A stretch of 58,711 nucleotides of DNA from a virus. Its lineage: Duplodnaviria > Caudoviricetes. The notes under the pieces were generated by a model. The model searched no databases. It saw only the letters and a list, made by a program, of their open reading frames with translations, and was not told the origin of the DNA. This document shows positions 18,427-27,294 of this stretch, in pieces (within the stretch, counting starts at the first letter, position 1; each line of letters starts with the position of its first letter). The stretch covers positions 1 to 58,711 of the IMG/VR virus record IMGVR_UViG_3300017784_002304; one strand, 5' to 3'. Made by a program: the position numbers and the translations under genes.

Positions 18427-19925
18427 GGCTGTTCTCCTAGTTGAATCTTGACCACTTTGTAGTCAAAGCCTTCGGACTTGTATATTTGCAGACGCTCGTT
18501 CATGTGCCGCAGGGTGTGGTTTTTCCACGACTTCCACGACAGATCGTCCCCAATATCGTAAAGCCGTGCAGTGCCTTTGTCTTTGTGCGTTCGCAACTGG
18601 CGACCAATACTTTGCAGAACACGGATGCGAGATTTGGAGGGCGATGCGAAGATGATGTTGTTCAGCCTCCTTATGGAAATACCCGTACTGAAAGTTCCGT
18701 ATGAAGCAATAATGATCGCATTGTCTTCTGTTTCCACGATCTTGCGAATGTCTTCTCGTTCAGAGGCTTCAGTGCCGCCGTACACAAAGAAAACCTTACG
18801 CTCGGGTGGAACAACAGAGGTCACCATAGTATTTAGCACCTTGCCGTGTCCTTCCACGAATTGAAATAGTACAAGGGTGTTGCCCTTCAGCGTTTTGCAC
18901 AGGTCAATGATAAACTTGTTGCGGCGTTCGGATGCCACAATCCACTTGATCTCGTCTTCGTACTTTGCACGCTTGATGACTTCCTTGTCCACGTCAGGGT
19001 ACTGGAGTTGCAAGCAGTCAATCTTTAGATTGCTCAAGATGTTCTGTTCCATCAAGGCTTTGGTCTTGGTTACTTCATACGCCTTGCCGAACAGTCCTTC
19101 AAGCACCAAACGGTGGGTCTGTGTGCCGTCAAGAGTACCTGTTGTGCCCACACGAAACGGACACGTCTTTAGTTTGCTCATCACGGCGGTGAGTGACTTG
19201 GACTTGAACAGGTGGGCTTCGTCTCCAACCACTGCCCCGTACTGCTGAAAGTACTTCTCGTCCTGCTTGTAGATGGACTGCCATGTGGAAATCACAACGC
19301 GCTTCGCTGTCCCCTTGTCTTGTCCTGCAAGAATCTTGTGGCAGTTTCGCTGTGCGTCCCACCCGTTTGCACTGGAGTAGTCCTCGAAATCAGAGAACAT
19401 CTGCTCCACCAAAGACACTGTGGGAACAACAATCAGCACCTTCTTGTCCTTGGGGATCTTGCTCAAGTAATACCGCACAAGCGAGTAGATGATGAGGCTC
19501 TTTCCTGATCCTGTGGGCGACAGCAGCAAGCATCGCTCTGATTCCATTGCGTGGTGAATGGCATTGATTTGGTGTTCATGGGCTTGCGCTTTGGTGCCGT
19601 TCACGTGAACATTCAAGTGGTCTTCCACGAACCCACGAACACTCTGTGCATCTGTCTTGAATCCGTTGGCTGCGGGCAGAGTAATACTGTAGTTACGCTC
19701 CACAGCAAACTTTTGAATATAGTCCACTAGCCCTGCGTATATCTGCTGTGTGTGGACATTGTACAGGTGTATCTCGCCGTTCCACAGCCGAGAACGGTAC
19801 GCAGGCATGAACTTGTATCCAGGAACCTTGAACGTGAAATAGTCGGACAGTTCACGTGCAACACCACGGTCGCAGTTTACGCGAACGTACACGGAGTCCA
19901 CTATGCTCACATCAAGATCAACCAT
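18423..19925 (-). CDS. uvsW: UvsW SF2 helicase
   Basis: SPTGSGKS, DEAH, GTTGT, STGISI, QSIGRQLR. Confidence 0.96.
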   Translation of the reverse strand: MVDLDVSIVDSVYVRVNCDRGVARELSDYFTFKVPGYKFMPAYRSRLWNGEIHLYNVHTQQIYAGLVDYIQKFAVERNYSITLPAANGFKTDAQSVRGFVEDHLNVHVNGTKAQAHEHQINAIHHAMESERCLLLSPTGSGKSLIIYSLVRYYLSKIPKDKKVLIVVPTVSLVEQMFSDFEDYSSANGWDAQRNCHKILAGQDKGTAKRVVISTWQSIYKQDEKYFQQYGAVVGDEAHLFKSKSLTAVMSKLKTCPFRVGTTGTLDGTQTHRLVLEGLFGKAYEVTKTKALMEQNILSNLKIDCLQLQYPDVDKEVIKRAKYEDEIKWIVASERRNKFIIDLCKTLKGNTLVLFQFVEGHGKVLNTMVTSVVPPERKVFFVYGGTEASEREDIRKIVETEDNAIIIASYGTFSTGISIRRLNNIIFASPSKSRIRVLQSIGRQLRTHKDKGTARLYDIGDDLSWKSWKNHTLRHMNERLQIYKSEGFDYKVVKIQLGEQP

Positions 19926-20464
19926 CAGCCCATGTCCTCGCCTGTGTACACCGTGCCGTTGAACCGTATAGAGTATTTATGCCCCAGTTTTCCAGTCCAA
20001 CCAACCACAGGAACCCCTGCGTCGCGCAGCATGGACAGTCCTTCGCGCACAGACTCCTCCCACCGTGGAGGCGTTTTCTCCACCAGTGTGCGGAATGTAA
20101 CCACTCTGCCAATACCAAACTGTATTGCCGTTCGCGCACAGTCTGCACAAGTAGCCCATGTGGTGTACATGGTCAAGTCACCTGTGTGGAGTTTGTTTAT
20201 TAGTGCTTGGTAGATTACTCTGCGCTCTGCGTGTTCTGTGCAGTAGTTCTTCAGCGCAGAGTCCTTTGGATACCCTGCCTTCCGAAGACGGGTAGGCACA
20301 TCGTTCCAGTTTTTGAGCAGCACTCCACTGCTAGGAATAACCAGTACAGCACCAACCTGTGTTCGCGGATCGGGACTGTGTGTTGCAGCAACCAGTGCTT
20401 CGTGCATATACATCTTGTCCACCCACCACTTGTCGGGGTCTTCTAGCAACAAGTCACTGACCAT
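19925..20464 (-). CDS. dCMP deaminase-like zinc deaminase
   Basis: SPDPRTQVGAV, HAE, TCADCARTAIQFGI (CxxC). Confidence 0.8.
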   Translation of the reverse strand: MVSDLLLEDPDKWWVDKMYMHEALVAATHSPDPRTQVGAVLVIPSSGVLLKNWNDVPTRLRKAGYPKDSALKNYCTEHAERRVIYQALINKLHTGDLTMYTTWATCADCARTAIQFGIGRVVTFRTLVEKTPPRWEESVREGLSMLRDAGVPVVGWTGKLGHKYSIRFNGTVYTGEDMG

Positions 20465-20888
20465 TGGTGAACTTTCTCCACTCTATGGCATTGCGAATCT
20501 TCCAGTGTCGGTTGTTTAGTTCCTTGATGACTTCTTCCAGCAGAGCAATCTTCTCGCGCTGATACTGGACTCGCTGTCGTGCCTTCAGCAAGTCTTCATC
20601 GGAATCCAAGTAGATGCTCATGTCTTGGCGCAGTACCTTTAGTTGAAAAGGTTCCCATCCTCGCTCCTTCAACTCTTCATCACTCATCTTGCCTGTGTAG
20701 TACTCCCATTTGCAACGGGTAGTCTTTGCCAAGTCCCCTTCGTACTTGGACAGCATGAGGCGTTCATCAAACAAGAAATTCAGGTACTTGCCGTGGAGTT
20801 GCGGAATGCGCAGCGACTCGGCATCCAGTGCCGTTTCGTCCAAGCCCATGTCTTTCAGTAGTTCTTTGCGCAAGTCATCTAAAGTCAT
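20454..20888 (-). CDS. uvsY: Recombination mediator UvsY
   Basis: ESLRIPQLHGKYL, EYYTGK, IRNAIEWRKF; GGAGG SD before ATG 20888. Confidence 0.93.
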   Translation of the reverse strand: MTLDDLRKELLKDMGLDETALDAESLRIPQLHGKYLNFLFDERLMLSKYEGDLAKTTRCKWEYYTGKMSDEELKERGWEPFQLKVLRQDMSIYLDSDEDLLKARQRVQYQREKIALLEEVIKELNNRHWKIRNAIEWRKFTNGQ

Positions 20889-20905
20889 AGCAACCTCCAC
20901 ACAGG

Positions 20906-20933
20906 AGTTTACTGCTTACACCTGCCGTGTCAA
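20906..20933 (-). promoter_or_regulatory. Sigma70-like promoter TTGACA-N16-TAAACT upstream of uvsY
   Basis: Located in the gp3-uvsY intergenic gap, at the boundary between the structural and replication modules. Confidence 0.65.
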
Positions 20934-20948
20934 GCACGTTTCTCTATT

Positions 20949-21476
20949 TTACAGTCGCTCTATATTAAACGAGCGGTACGAGAACGTGCAGTTCACCACA
21001 AAGGGGTCCACGTCTCCTGCGCTGGAATTAAAGTCTATTCCAGTAAGGTTTCGCGGAAACACCCCCTCGAAAGTCACGTTTAGTTTGGGTTGCTTTGCAC
21101 TGTTTAAGATAATGAGGTTTGCAGTAGACAGGTGGGTGTTTACTGGTCGGAACTCTGTGTAGTCTTCCACGTTCGTGGTGGACCGCATCCAATTCTTGAT
21201 TTCCAACCAGTTTGTCAGCCCTTCGTCCACGATGAAACCAATGGACAGTTCATCAAACTCCAGTTTGCCTGGTGCTTTGATGGGCACGAACGGGGTGGGC
21301 ATGATGACCTCGCTCAAATTCATACCAGGTATATTTGCAGACTGGCAGAAGTACACCACGTTTGGCACACGAGCCAGTGTGAACCTGAAGTAGGTGGGCA
21401 GCAGTGCGTTAACACTTTCTGGATACCTGTTCAGAATGTCTGACGGTATGTCTGTGAAGTTGTAGTTCAGTGCCAT
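20949..21476 (-). CDS. gp3: Tail completion / tube terminator gp3-like
   Basis: YFCQSANIPG, PGKLEFDELSIGFIVDE, NWLEIKNWM, FEGVFP, TFSY. True start at ATG 21476; the ORF-track extension crosses the terminator. Confidence 0.85.
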   Translation of the reverse strand: MALNYNFTDIPSDILNRYPESVNALLPTYFRFTLARVPNVVYFCQSANIPGMNLSEVIMPTPFVPIKAPGKLEFDELSIGFIVDEGLTNWLEIKNWMRSTTNVEDYTEFRPVNTHLSTANLIILNSAKQPKLNVTFEGVFPRNLTGIDFNSSAGDVDPFVVNCTFSYRSFNIERL

Positions 21477-21488
21477 ACCAGTATGTAG

Positions 21489-21518
21489 AAAAGAGAAGGG
21501 GAGGCTTTCGCCTCCCCT
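21489..21518 (-). terminator. Rho-independent terminator after gp23
   Basis: Minus strand AGGGGAGGC-GAAA-GCCTCCCCT followed by TCTCTTTT: a 9-bp stem with a GNRA loop. Confidence 0.85.
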
Positions 21519-21549
21519 CCCCCGAAAGTAACTCTGATAGAGTGGTCTA

Positions 21550-23001
21550 TTACGATGCCACGCCGTGGAGGTTGTCCATGCGGAAGATACGGTAGTACTG
21601 GTTGCTGCGTTGCGCCAAACGACCAAGTCCAGCCGAAGTGCCTTCAGCGAATGGATTCGCAACCATGCCGTAGCGGGTCTTGAACGCCATCTTGGGCTGG
21701 AAGGTGGACTGATCAACAGCGCGCATCATCTGTAGCGGAACGTACGGGCAGTAGAACATACCCGCATCGTAGGGGCTGGTGCCCTTGTAACCAACGCAAA
21801 CAAAGTTTGCGCTTGCGCTTGTGCTGTCGATGTACGGATCAATGTACACCTTTACCTTACCGTTAAGAGTACCAGCAAAGGTGTTGCCGGTATCGTCAAC
21901 GTCAAGGCTGACATTCAGCGCGGGGCTGATGTTCAGGAAGCCACCCATTGCCAGTGCTGAAGCAACGTCTGCCGAGCAGATGATAAAGTTGCCCTTGCCG
22001 CGACGGGTGTCCTTGGCGATCTTGTTGCATTCACGCTCAATTTGGAACATTAGACCACGGAACTTTTCCGCGCTCCAACGACCATCTGAGTCTTGAATAA
22101 GATCGTAAACGCCACCAACTGAAGACGTGCCACTCAGACCGCCAGCAACAGTCTTGTAGTACAAGTCGCTCTGCTGTGCGCCGAGTTTGGCACAACGGTA
22201 GATGTTACGGACAACCTCACGGTTGATTTCAGCAAGGATTTCCGTGCTGAGAATGTTGGCAAGTTCTGTCTCTGCATCAAGACCGTGAACAGCCTTGAGG
22301 TCTTGAGCCAGTTCCACCGAGTAGGACGCAGCAAGAGCACGAGTGTTAGCCTGTACAGCAACACGCTCAATGCTGAAGCCCATTTCGTTGGGGGTGAGTC
22401 CTTCACCAACGGAAGTGTTCATTCCGATACCCTGAGTCAAGCCAGTGACCGAGTTGGGGTCACCAAGACCAGGCATACCAAGGAACGGATCAGTAAGTCC
22501 AAAGTTTCCACCCAATCCACCCGTGGCACCACGAGCGGTAGCACCACCTGTGCTGCCGTTGAATCCAGCAGCAGCGGTTCCGCCTGAGAAAGCAGTGTCA
22601 GCCTCATTGAAAAAGGCTTCTTCGCCGTGAACACCAGAACCAGCACCTGCCGCGCGGTACTTGCTGCGCATTGCAAAGATCAGCCCCGTGGGAGCAGTCA
22701 TTGCCTGAACGCCGCAGATGTCGTATGCCATGAGGTTGGGCATGGCACGACGAACGAGTTGGATGAGAATCGGGTCGTAACCCTTAATGTTGCCTTCACC
22801 ACCAATAACAGGCGACATACCGCCTCCAACTTGGTTGCCGTTCTCAACAAGCATCTGCTCCTTGATGGCGTTTTCTTGGTTTTCCAAGAGGGTGGCAATG
22901 GTGGCACGCTTGTGGGCGTCGGTGATGGGGGCTAGATCACCGTGATCTAGTACGGGCTTCCATTTGCGGACAGCCTGTTCGGTTAAGAATTTGTTTTCCA
23001 T
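21550..23001 (-). CDS. gp23: Major capsid protein gp23
   Basis: KWKPVL, LVRRAMPNLMAYDICGVQ, LAQDLKAVHGLDAETELANILSTEILAEINRE, FYCPYVPL, KTRYG. Confidence 0.98.
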   Translation of the reverse strand: MENKFLTEQAVRKWKPVLDHGDLAPITDAHKRATIATLLENQENAIKEQMLVENGNQVGGGMSPVIGGEGNIKGYDPILIQLVRRAMPNLMAYDICGVQAMTAPTGLIFAMRSKYRAAGAGSGVHGEEAFFNEADTAFSGGTAAAGFNGSTGGATARGATGGLGGNFGLTDPFLGMPGLGDPNSVTGLTQGIGMNTSVGEGLTPNEMGFSIERVAVQANTRALAASYSVELAQDLKAVHGLDAETELANILSTEILAEINREVVRNIYRCAKLGAQQSDLYYKTVAGGLSGTSSVGGVYDLIQDSDGRWSAEKFRGLMFQIERECNKIAKDTRRGKGNFIICSADVASALAMGGFLNISPALNVSLDVDDTGNTFAGTLNGKVKVYIDPYIDSTSASANFVCVGYKGTSPYDAGMFYCPYVPLQMMRAVDQSTFQPKMAFKTRYGMVANPFAEGTSAGLGRLAQRSNQYYRIFRMDNLHGVAS

Positions 23002-23044
23002 AAGTACTATTTCTCCTTTTTTGAAACAGTCTGGGGTGACTGGA

Positions 23045-24274
23045 TTAGACTTGCGACTTGCTCATTGACCGGAGGTACGCCTCCATGAGCGGGGACAATT
23101 CCTCTGAAGCGTCTTCCACCGACTCTGAAATTTCTTCGTTGTTGGTGGAAGAACCCTCCGTTACAGTACCGATGCTCTCAATGTTCTCACGGAGAACACC
23201 AAGTTTCTCGGCAAACTGATCGACAGTATCGAACTCAACATCCTCTGCGAGTCTGCGGAGTTTTTCCACTTCGGTGTCAGTTAGACCTTCTGCAATCTCG
23301 CGGAACACAATCTCGCACTGTAGTTGCTCGACCTCTTCCGAGAGTGCCATGTTCTTTTGAACCTGCTCTGATAGTTCAGCGTTGAGAGTGGTGTTTTCTT
23401 CCACTGCTTCATCGAACAGATCCGTCTTGTCTTCAGGAACGCTGATGTACGACTCGGTGAACAGGTTGCGGAGGTTGCCGATAAACTCTTCTGCAATCTC
23501 CGTGCGGAGTCCCTTGTCAACAGCGAGGCGGTTTTCCTGCATCCACTCTTCGACCACATACGCAAGGTAGTCGTCAATGCGTTCAATGAGTTCTTCCGTA
23601 ACAGCAGCAGTGTGCTCTTCAAGAAGAGTTTCGTACTGCTCCTGTAGTTCCTGCTGTGCCGCGTGGAACCGCTCGTTCATGTGGGCTTCAAAGATGGTTG
23701 CAGCCTTCTCCTTGAAGTCCTCCGAGAGTTCATTGCCGCCGAACAGCGCGTCAAGGTCTTCCTTCTTCATACTGACCGAAGGAATCTTGGTTTCAGCCTT
23801 GGCATCGCTCTTCTTTGCCTTGATGGTGCCCATGTTCTTGCTGCTGACATCACCAGTGGGAGCAGGAATTTCTGCGCCCTTGCCGTTGGCAGTCTGGTTC
23901 AGTTTCTTGTCCGAGTAGTCCGAAGCGGCTTCGTCCATCTTCTTCTTGAACTTAGACTTGAGGAAAGCGGGCATCTTGCCTTTGCCCTTCTTGCCTTCGT
24001 CCTCTTCTTCCTCGTCTTCGTCTTCGTCTTCGTCCTCTTCCTCTTCTTCCTCTTCTTCTTCCTCGTCTTCGTCTTCGTCCTTGGCTTCATCAAGGAGTTC
24101 TTCGTCAATGACTTCTTCGTCATCGACTACTTCTTCCTCGAAGAATTCGTCGTCACCGTCCTCAATGGTGTCTTCGTCGTCTCCAGGACCAGGAACAGCG
24201 TCTTGCTCCTCTGCCATGAAGGATTCGCCTAGAACTACCTTTCGGATTACATCTTCGATCTTATCGTTTGCCAT
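23045..24274 (-). CDS. gp22: Prohead core scaffold gp22
   Basis: LSEDFKEKAATIFEA, IDDYLAYVVEEWMQENRLAV, MEAY at the C-terminus; position before gp23. Confidence 0.93.
   Translation of the reverse strand: MANDKIEDVIRKVVLGESFMAEEQDAVPGPGDDEDTIEDGDDEFFEEEVVDDEEVIDEELLDEAKDEDEDEEEEEEEEEEDEDEDEDEEEEDEGKKGKGKMPAFLKSKFKKKMDEAASDYSDKKLNQTANGKGAEIPAPTGDVSSKNMGTIKAKKSDAKAETKIPSVSMKKEDLDALFGGNELSEDFKEKAATIFEAHMNERFHAAQQELQEQYETLLEEHTAAVTEELIERIDDYLAYVVEEWMQENRLAVDKGLRTEIAEEFIGNLRNLFTESYISVPEDKTDLFDEAVEENTTLNAELSEQVQKNMALSEEVEQLQCEIVFREIAEGLTDTEVEKLRRLAEDVEFDTVDQFAEKLGVLRENIESIGTVTEGSSTNNEEISESVEDASEELSPLMEAYLRSMSKSQV
23995..24085 (-). repeat. Low-complexity GAR/GAC codon run (Glu/Asp tract in gp22)
   Basis: Plus strand tcttcg/tcttcc repeats encode DEDEDEEEEEEEEEEDEDEDEDEEEEDE. 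Confidence 0.85.
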
Positions 24275-24294
24275 GACTGGGTTCTCCTTGGTTC

Positions 24295-24302
24295 TATTTA
24301 TG
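24295..24302 (-). promoter_or_regulatory. Late promoter motif CATAAATA upstream of gp22
   Basis: Intergenic, followed by an AAGGAG RBS. Confidence 0.7.
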
Positions 24303-24310
24303 TATCTCTA

Positions 24311-24952
24311 TCAGAGTCTTGAGATGAAGTCTTTGAATACGCGTAGTGCCTGCTCCTCCAGTTTATGGGCAGGCGTATTTTCAATTGCTTTCTTGTACTG
24401 CTCAACCACAACAGGCTTTAGAACACCGTTGTCCCAAATCCATTCCCGTCCTTCCATGATACCGTTCACGAACGCGTTGGGAGCAGACGGGTCTGCCACC
24501 ACATCCACGGCTGCAAGCATGAAGTCTTCCTGTACAACATTCACCCCGTCCTGTTCCTTCAGCGAACCCATGCCACGGGACGAAACACCCAGTTTCACGC
24601 CCTCGTCAATGAGGTTGCGGACAATCTTGCCGTATGGGGTGTCAAGTATCTTGGCTTTGCCGTACACATCGTTTCCCTCAAGGCGCAAGTCCTTGATGAG
24701 GTGGGACACACGCTCAAGGTTCACGGTCGGACCTTCGGGGTGACCCAGTTCGCCCATAGCGCGGTTCGTCTTTACGTATTCATTCTGATACCGACCAAGT
24801 TCCTTCTCCATCACAGCCATTGGATACACGCGACCGTTGCGATTCTTCGCTTCAGCCTGCATGAACACCCCTTCAATGAAGTAGTGCTTCTGACCGTCTT
24901 TGGTTTCGGTCAGAATGTTGATGTCCTGTACGGTTTCGGTAATGAGTTTCAT
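24311..24952 (-). CDS. gp21: Prohead protease gp21
   Basis: MKLITE, NRNGRVYP, GELGHP, GVSSRGMGS, DVVADPSAP. Confidence 0.97.
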   Translation of the reverse strand: MKLITETVQDINILTETKDGQKHYFIEGVFMQAEAKNRNGRVYPMAVMEKELGRYQNEYVKTNRAMGELGHPEGPTVNLERVSHLIKDLRLEGNDVYGKAKILDTPYGKIVRNLIDEGVKLGVSSRGMGSLKEQDGVNVVQEDFMLAAVDVVADPSAPNAFVNGIMEGREWIWDNGVLKPVVVEQYKKAIENTPAHKLEEQALRVFKDFISRL

Positions 24953-25389
24953 TAGTAATTGCCCGCCTTCTTGTTGTGGAGTTTCCAAGCGGTGGCGTAC
25001 ATGACGCTCTTGCCCCGCTTACCGTACTGCTTGGTGAACGAAGCCTTGGTCTTCTTGGAGCCTGTCATCTTCTCCATGTCAGGGGGAGACACTTCATCCA
25101 ACTGTTCGGTGGCTTCTTTTAGTTTGCCCTCCGCAGTTCTGATTCCAGTGGTTCCTGCTTTCTTTCCTGCGTACATCAACGGCTTTCCGATCTCACGCTT
25201 CACGCGGGCTGCTCGTTCAGGACTAGGTTTGATTTCCGAGGCTTCGTTGAACACGGCGTTAGCCACGGCAACGCGAGCCTCGTCAAGAGCCAGTGATGCC
25301 TTGGCGTACAGCAAAGAAAACACGCTCTCCTTGAGGCTTGCGTAGTCTTTCAGCAACAGGGCTTGTACTATTTTGCGATTGGTGTCCAT
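24952..25389 (-). CDS. Prohead core protein (gp68 position)
   Basis: Between gp20/gp67 and gp21; basic segments separated by putative gp21 sites (FNE, LKE, LDE); YGKRGKSVMYATAWK motif. Confidence 0.65.
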   Translation of the reverse strand: MDTNRKIVQALLLKDYASLKESVFSLLYAKASLALDEARVAVANAVFNEASEIKPSPERAARVKREIGKPLMYAGKKAGTTGIRTAEGKLKEATEQLDEVSPPDMEKMTGSKKTKASFTKQYGKRGKSVMYATAWKLHNKKAGNY

Positions 25390-25413
25390 GAGCGTCCTTT
25401 CGTGACAGATTAT

Positions 25414-25587
25414 TTAGTTGTCGTCTGCGTTTGACTGGGTTTCTGGCGTGGTGTCTTCTTCCGAATCACCCAAAATTGTGTTTGAAATAATCTGCTTCTC
25501 ACGGGCAAGGCGTTCGCGTAACCGCTCTGCCAGCGAGGAGTGTATTGCATTTTTGAACTCAGAATACGAGATATCTAGTGAATCCAC
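25414..25587 (-). CDS. Small prohead core protein (gp67 position, 57 aa; not in the ORF track)
   Basis: AAGGAG SD, then GTG start: MDSLDISYSEFKNAIHSSLAERLRERLAREKQIISNTILGDSEEDTTPETQSNADDN; acidic tail; directly after the portal gene. Confidence 0.7.
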   Translation of the reverse strand: MDSLDISYSEFKNAIHSSLAERLRERLAREKQIISNTILGDSEEDTTPETQSNADDN

Positions 25588-25598
25588 GGGAGTCTCCT

Positions 25599-27263
25599 TT
25601 AGTCGTTCACGTCTTCTTCATCCCAACCTGGATCAATCTCCCCAATGGTGATTTCAGGTTCCTGTGCTCCTGAAGCAGGAGCAGACTGTGGGACAGGCTG
25701 CGGTTCACCTTGTGGTGCTTCCGCTTCTTGCGGTGGGGCTGCGCCTTCGGGAGGTGCAATTGCGCCACTGGCTTGCTCTTCTTCTATCTGCTTGTCGATC
25801 TTCTCGATGTCGTCTTCTGTCTGCCGCAGAACGTGCTTGCGTACCCACTCGCGGGAGAAGTACTTGCCCACAAAATCCTCTGCGTCCCGACACGACAGCA
25901 GACGTTCCTTCAGGATCTCGTTCTCTTTCAGTTCACTGAAGTGCGAGTCCTTGATGAACTCAAACCGTAGTTTGCCTTCAATGTCCTGCCACTCGCTCTC
26001 CTTGATGATGCCCTTCAGAATCAACTGGACACGCAGCAGTTCAAGGAACAGTTCAGAGAACTTCATACGGAGTCGTTCAATGAACTTGAAGAACTTTACT
26101 TCGTCGCGCGAAATTTCTGATGCGCGACCAAGATTGAATCCTGTGGACTCTTCCAGTCTGGACGACGGCACGTTCAGTGCCTGGAACAGTTTCTTTTGGA
26201 AGTACTTTACGTCGTCCATCTCTGCAAGGTTCTGACCCCCTGCAAGCGTGGAAATTTCCGTGCCCTTGCCGCCCTCACGCCGTGGCATCCAAAAGTCTTC
26301 AAGCATGGACATATGCTTGCGACCGTCTGCAACTTCACCCGTGTTGGGGTCATACATGAGTTTGTTGCGGTAGCGATTCATCAGCCCCCGAACGTACTCT
26401 TCTGCTTTCTGTTTGGGCAAGTTTCCAACGTCCACGTAGAACACGCGGCGTTCAGGAGCGCGGGTGATTCGGTAGATCACCACTGCGTCTTCAATCATGC
26501 GCAACTGGTTCAGTGCTTTGATGGCTTTGTGTAGGTAACCAATGACCCGCTTGCGAGACGAGTCAAACAGCCCCGAGTGCACAAAGCAAATGGCATCAGG
26601 GCTGATCTTCAAGCCTTCCATGCTTACCGCAGCAGAGTTAGGCTCCTTGTCGTTGTACACATAGAACTCTTCAACAGAGTCAATGATCTGTATGGACGAA
26701 GGACGCTTTGTTGCGTCCTTTATAAGGGGCTTTTTCTTGATGCTGCGTATCTTGCGGATCTTCACTGGATCAATGGGACGCAGTTCCTTGATGCCCTTCT
26801 TCTTGTTGTTCTCGTCCACAATGACATGGTAGTACAGTCGGCTGTCGATGTACCACTTACGGAAAATCTCGTAACCACGACGAGAAAAATCCAATAGAGC
26901 AAGCACCTCTTGGAACTCTTCTTCAATCTTGTCCTTGATGGACTTGCTCTGCTTGATGTCTCCGGTGTCAATCTTCACCGTTTCAAGTGCGTCACTGTAC
27001 ACAATAGACTCGTTGCAGATGTCTGCAATGGCAGTTTCCACTTCGGGGTGGATTGCCATGTCGCGGTACTTGTGTATGAGATCAATGTCGTTTTTGATCG
27101 TGCCGTCAAAGTCAACAAAGGCACCGTAGTACCCGCCTACTTCAATTGGCACTGCTCCGTCATCGTAATCTGGAGCGACAAAAGAGGGGGTTTTCCGATC
27201 CTCTTGTTTCGGAACCCCCCCTGTTCTACCTAAAACGAACCCAAATGGCAGATTGATTGGCAT
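25599..27263 (-). CDS. gp20: Portal protein gp20
   Basis: YLHKAIKALNQLRMIEDAVVIYRITRAPERRVFYVDVGNLP, EDFWMPRREGGKGTEISTL. Confidence 0.98.
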   Translation of the reverse strand: MPINLPFGFVLGRTGGVPKQEDRKTPSFVAPDYDDGAVPIEVGGYYGAFVDFDGTIKNDIDLIHKYRDMAIHPEVETAIADICNESIVYSDALETVKIDTGDIKQSKSIKDKIEEEFQEVLALLDFSRRGYEIFRKWYIDSRLYYHVIVDENNKKKGIKELRPIDPVKIRKIRSIKKKPLIKDATKRPSSIQIIDSVEEFYVYNDKEPNSAAVSMEGLKISPDAICFVHSGLFDSSRKRVIGYLHKAIKALNQLRMIEDAVVIYRITRAPERRVFYVDVGNLPKQKAEEYVRGLMNRYRNKLMYDPNTGEVADGRKHMSMLEDFWMPRREGGKGTEISTLAGGQNLAEMDDVKYFQKKLFQALNVPSSRLEESTGFNLGRASEISRDEVKFFKFIERLRMKFSELFLELLRVQLILKGIIKESEWQDIEGKLRFEFIKDSHFSELKENEILKERLLSCRDAEDFVGKYFSREWVRKHVLRQTEDDIEKIDKQIEEEQASGAIAPPEGAAPPQEAEAPQGEPQPVPQSAPASGAQEPEITIGEIDPGWDEEDVND

Positions 27264-27294
27264 AAATGTAGAATCCTGTCAAAGAAGTTGTGTA

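Noticed and set aside
21477-21716. N-terminal extension of the gp3 ORF in the ORF track
   Set aside because: It overlaps gp23 and crosses its terminator; the real start is ATG 21476. Similar over-long starts were trimmed for the GT2 gene, gp62, gp44, gp45, gp21 and the 42446 ORF.
23946-24743. 265-aa plus-strand ORF with a long poly-Ser run
   Set aside because: Antisense shadow of the Glu/Asp codon tract in gp22 and of gp21; no independent coding evidence.
27264-27294. TTGACA just upstream of gp20
   Set aside because: It overlaps the AGGA RBS, and a -10 element would fall inside the coding start; probably coincidental.
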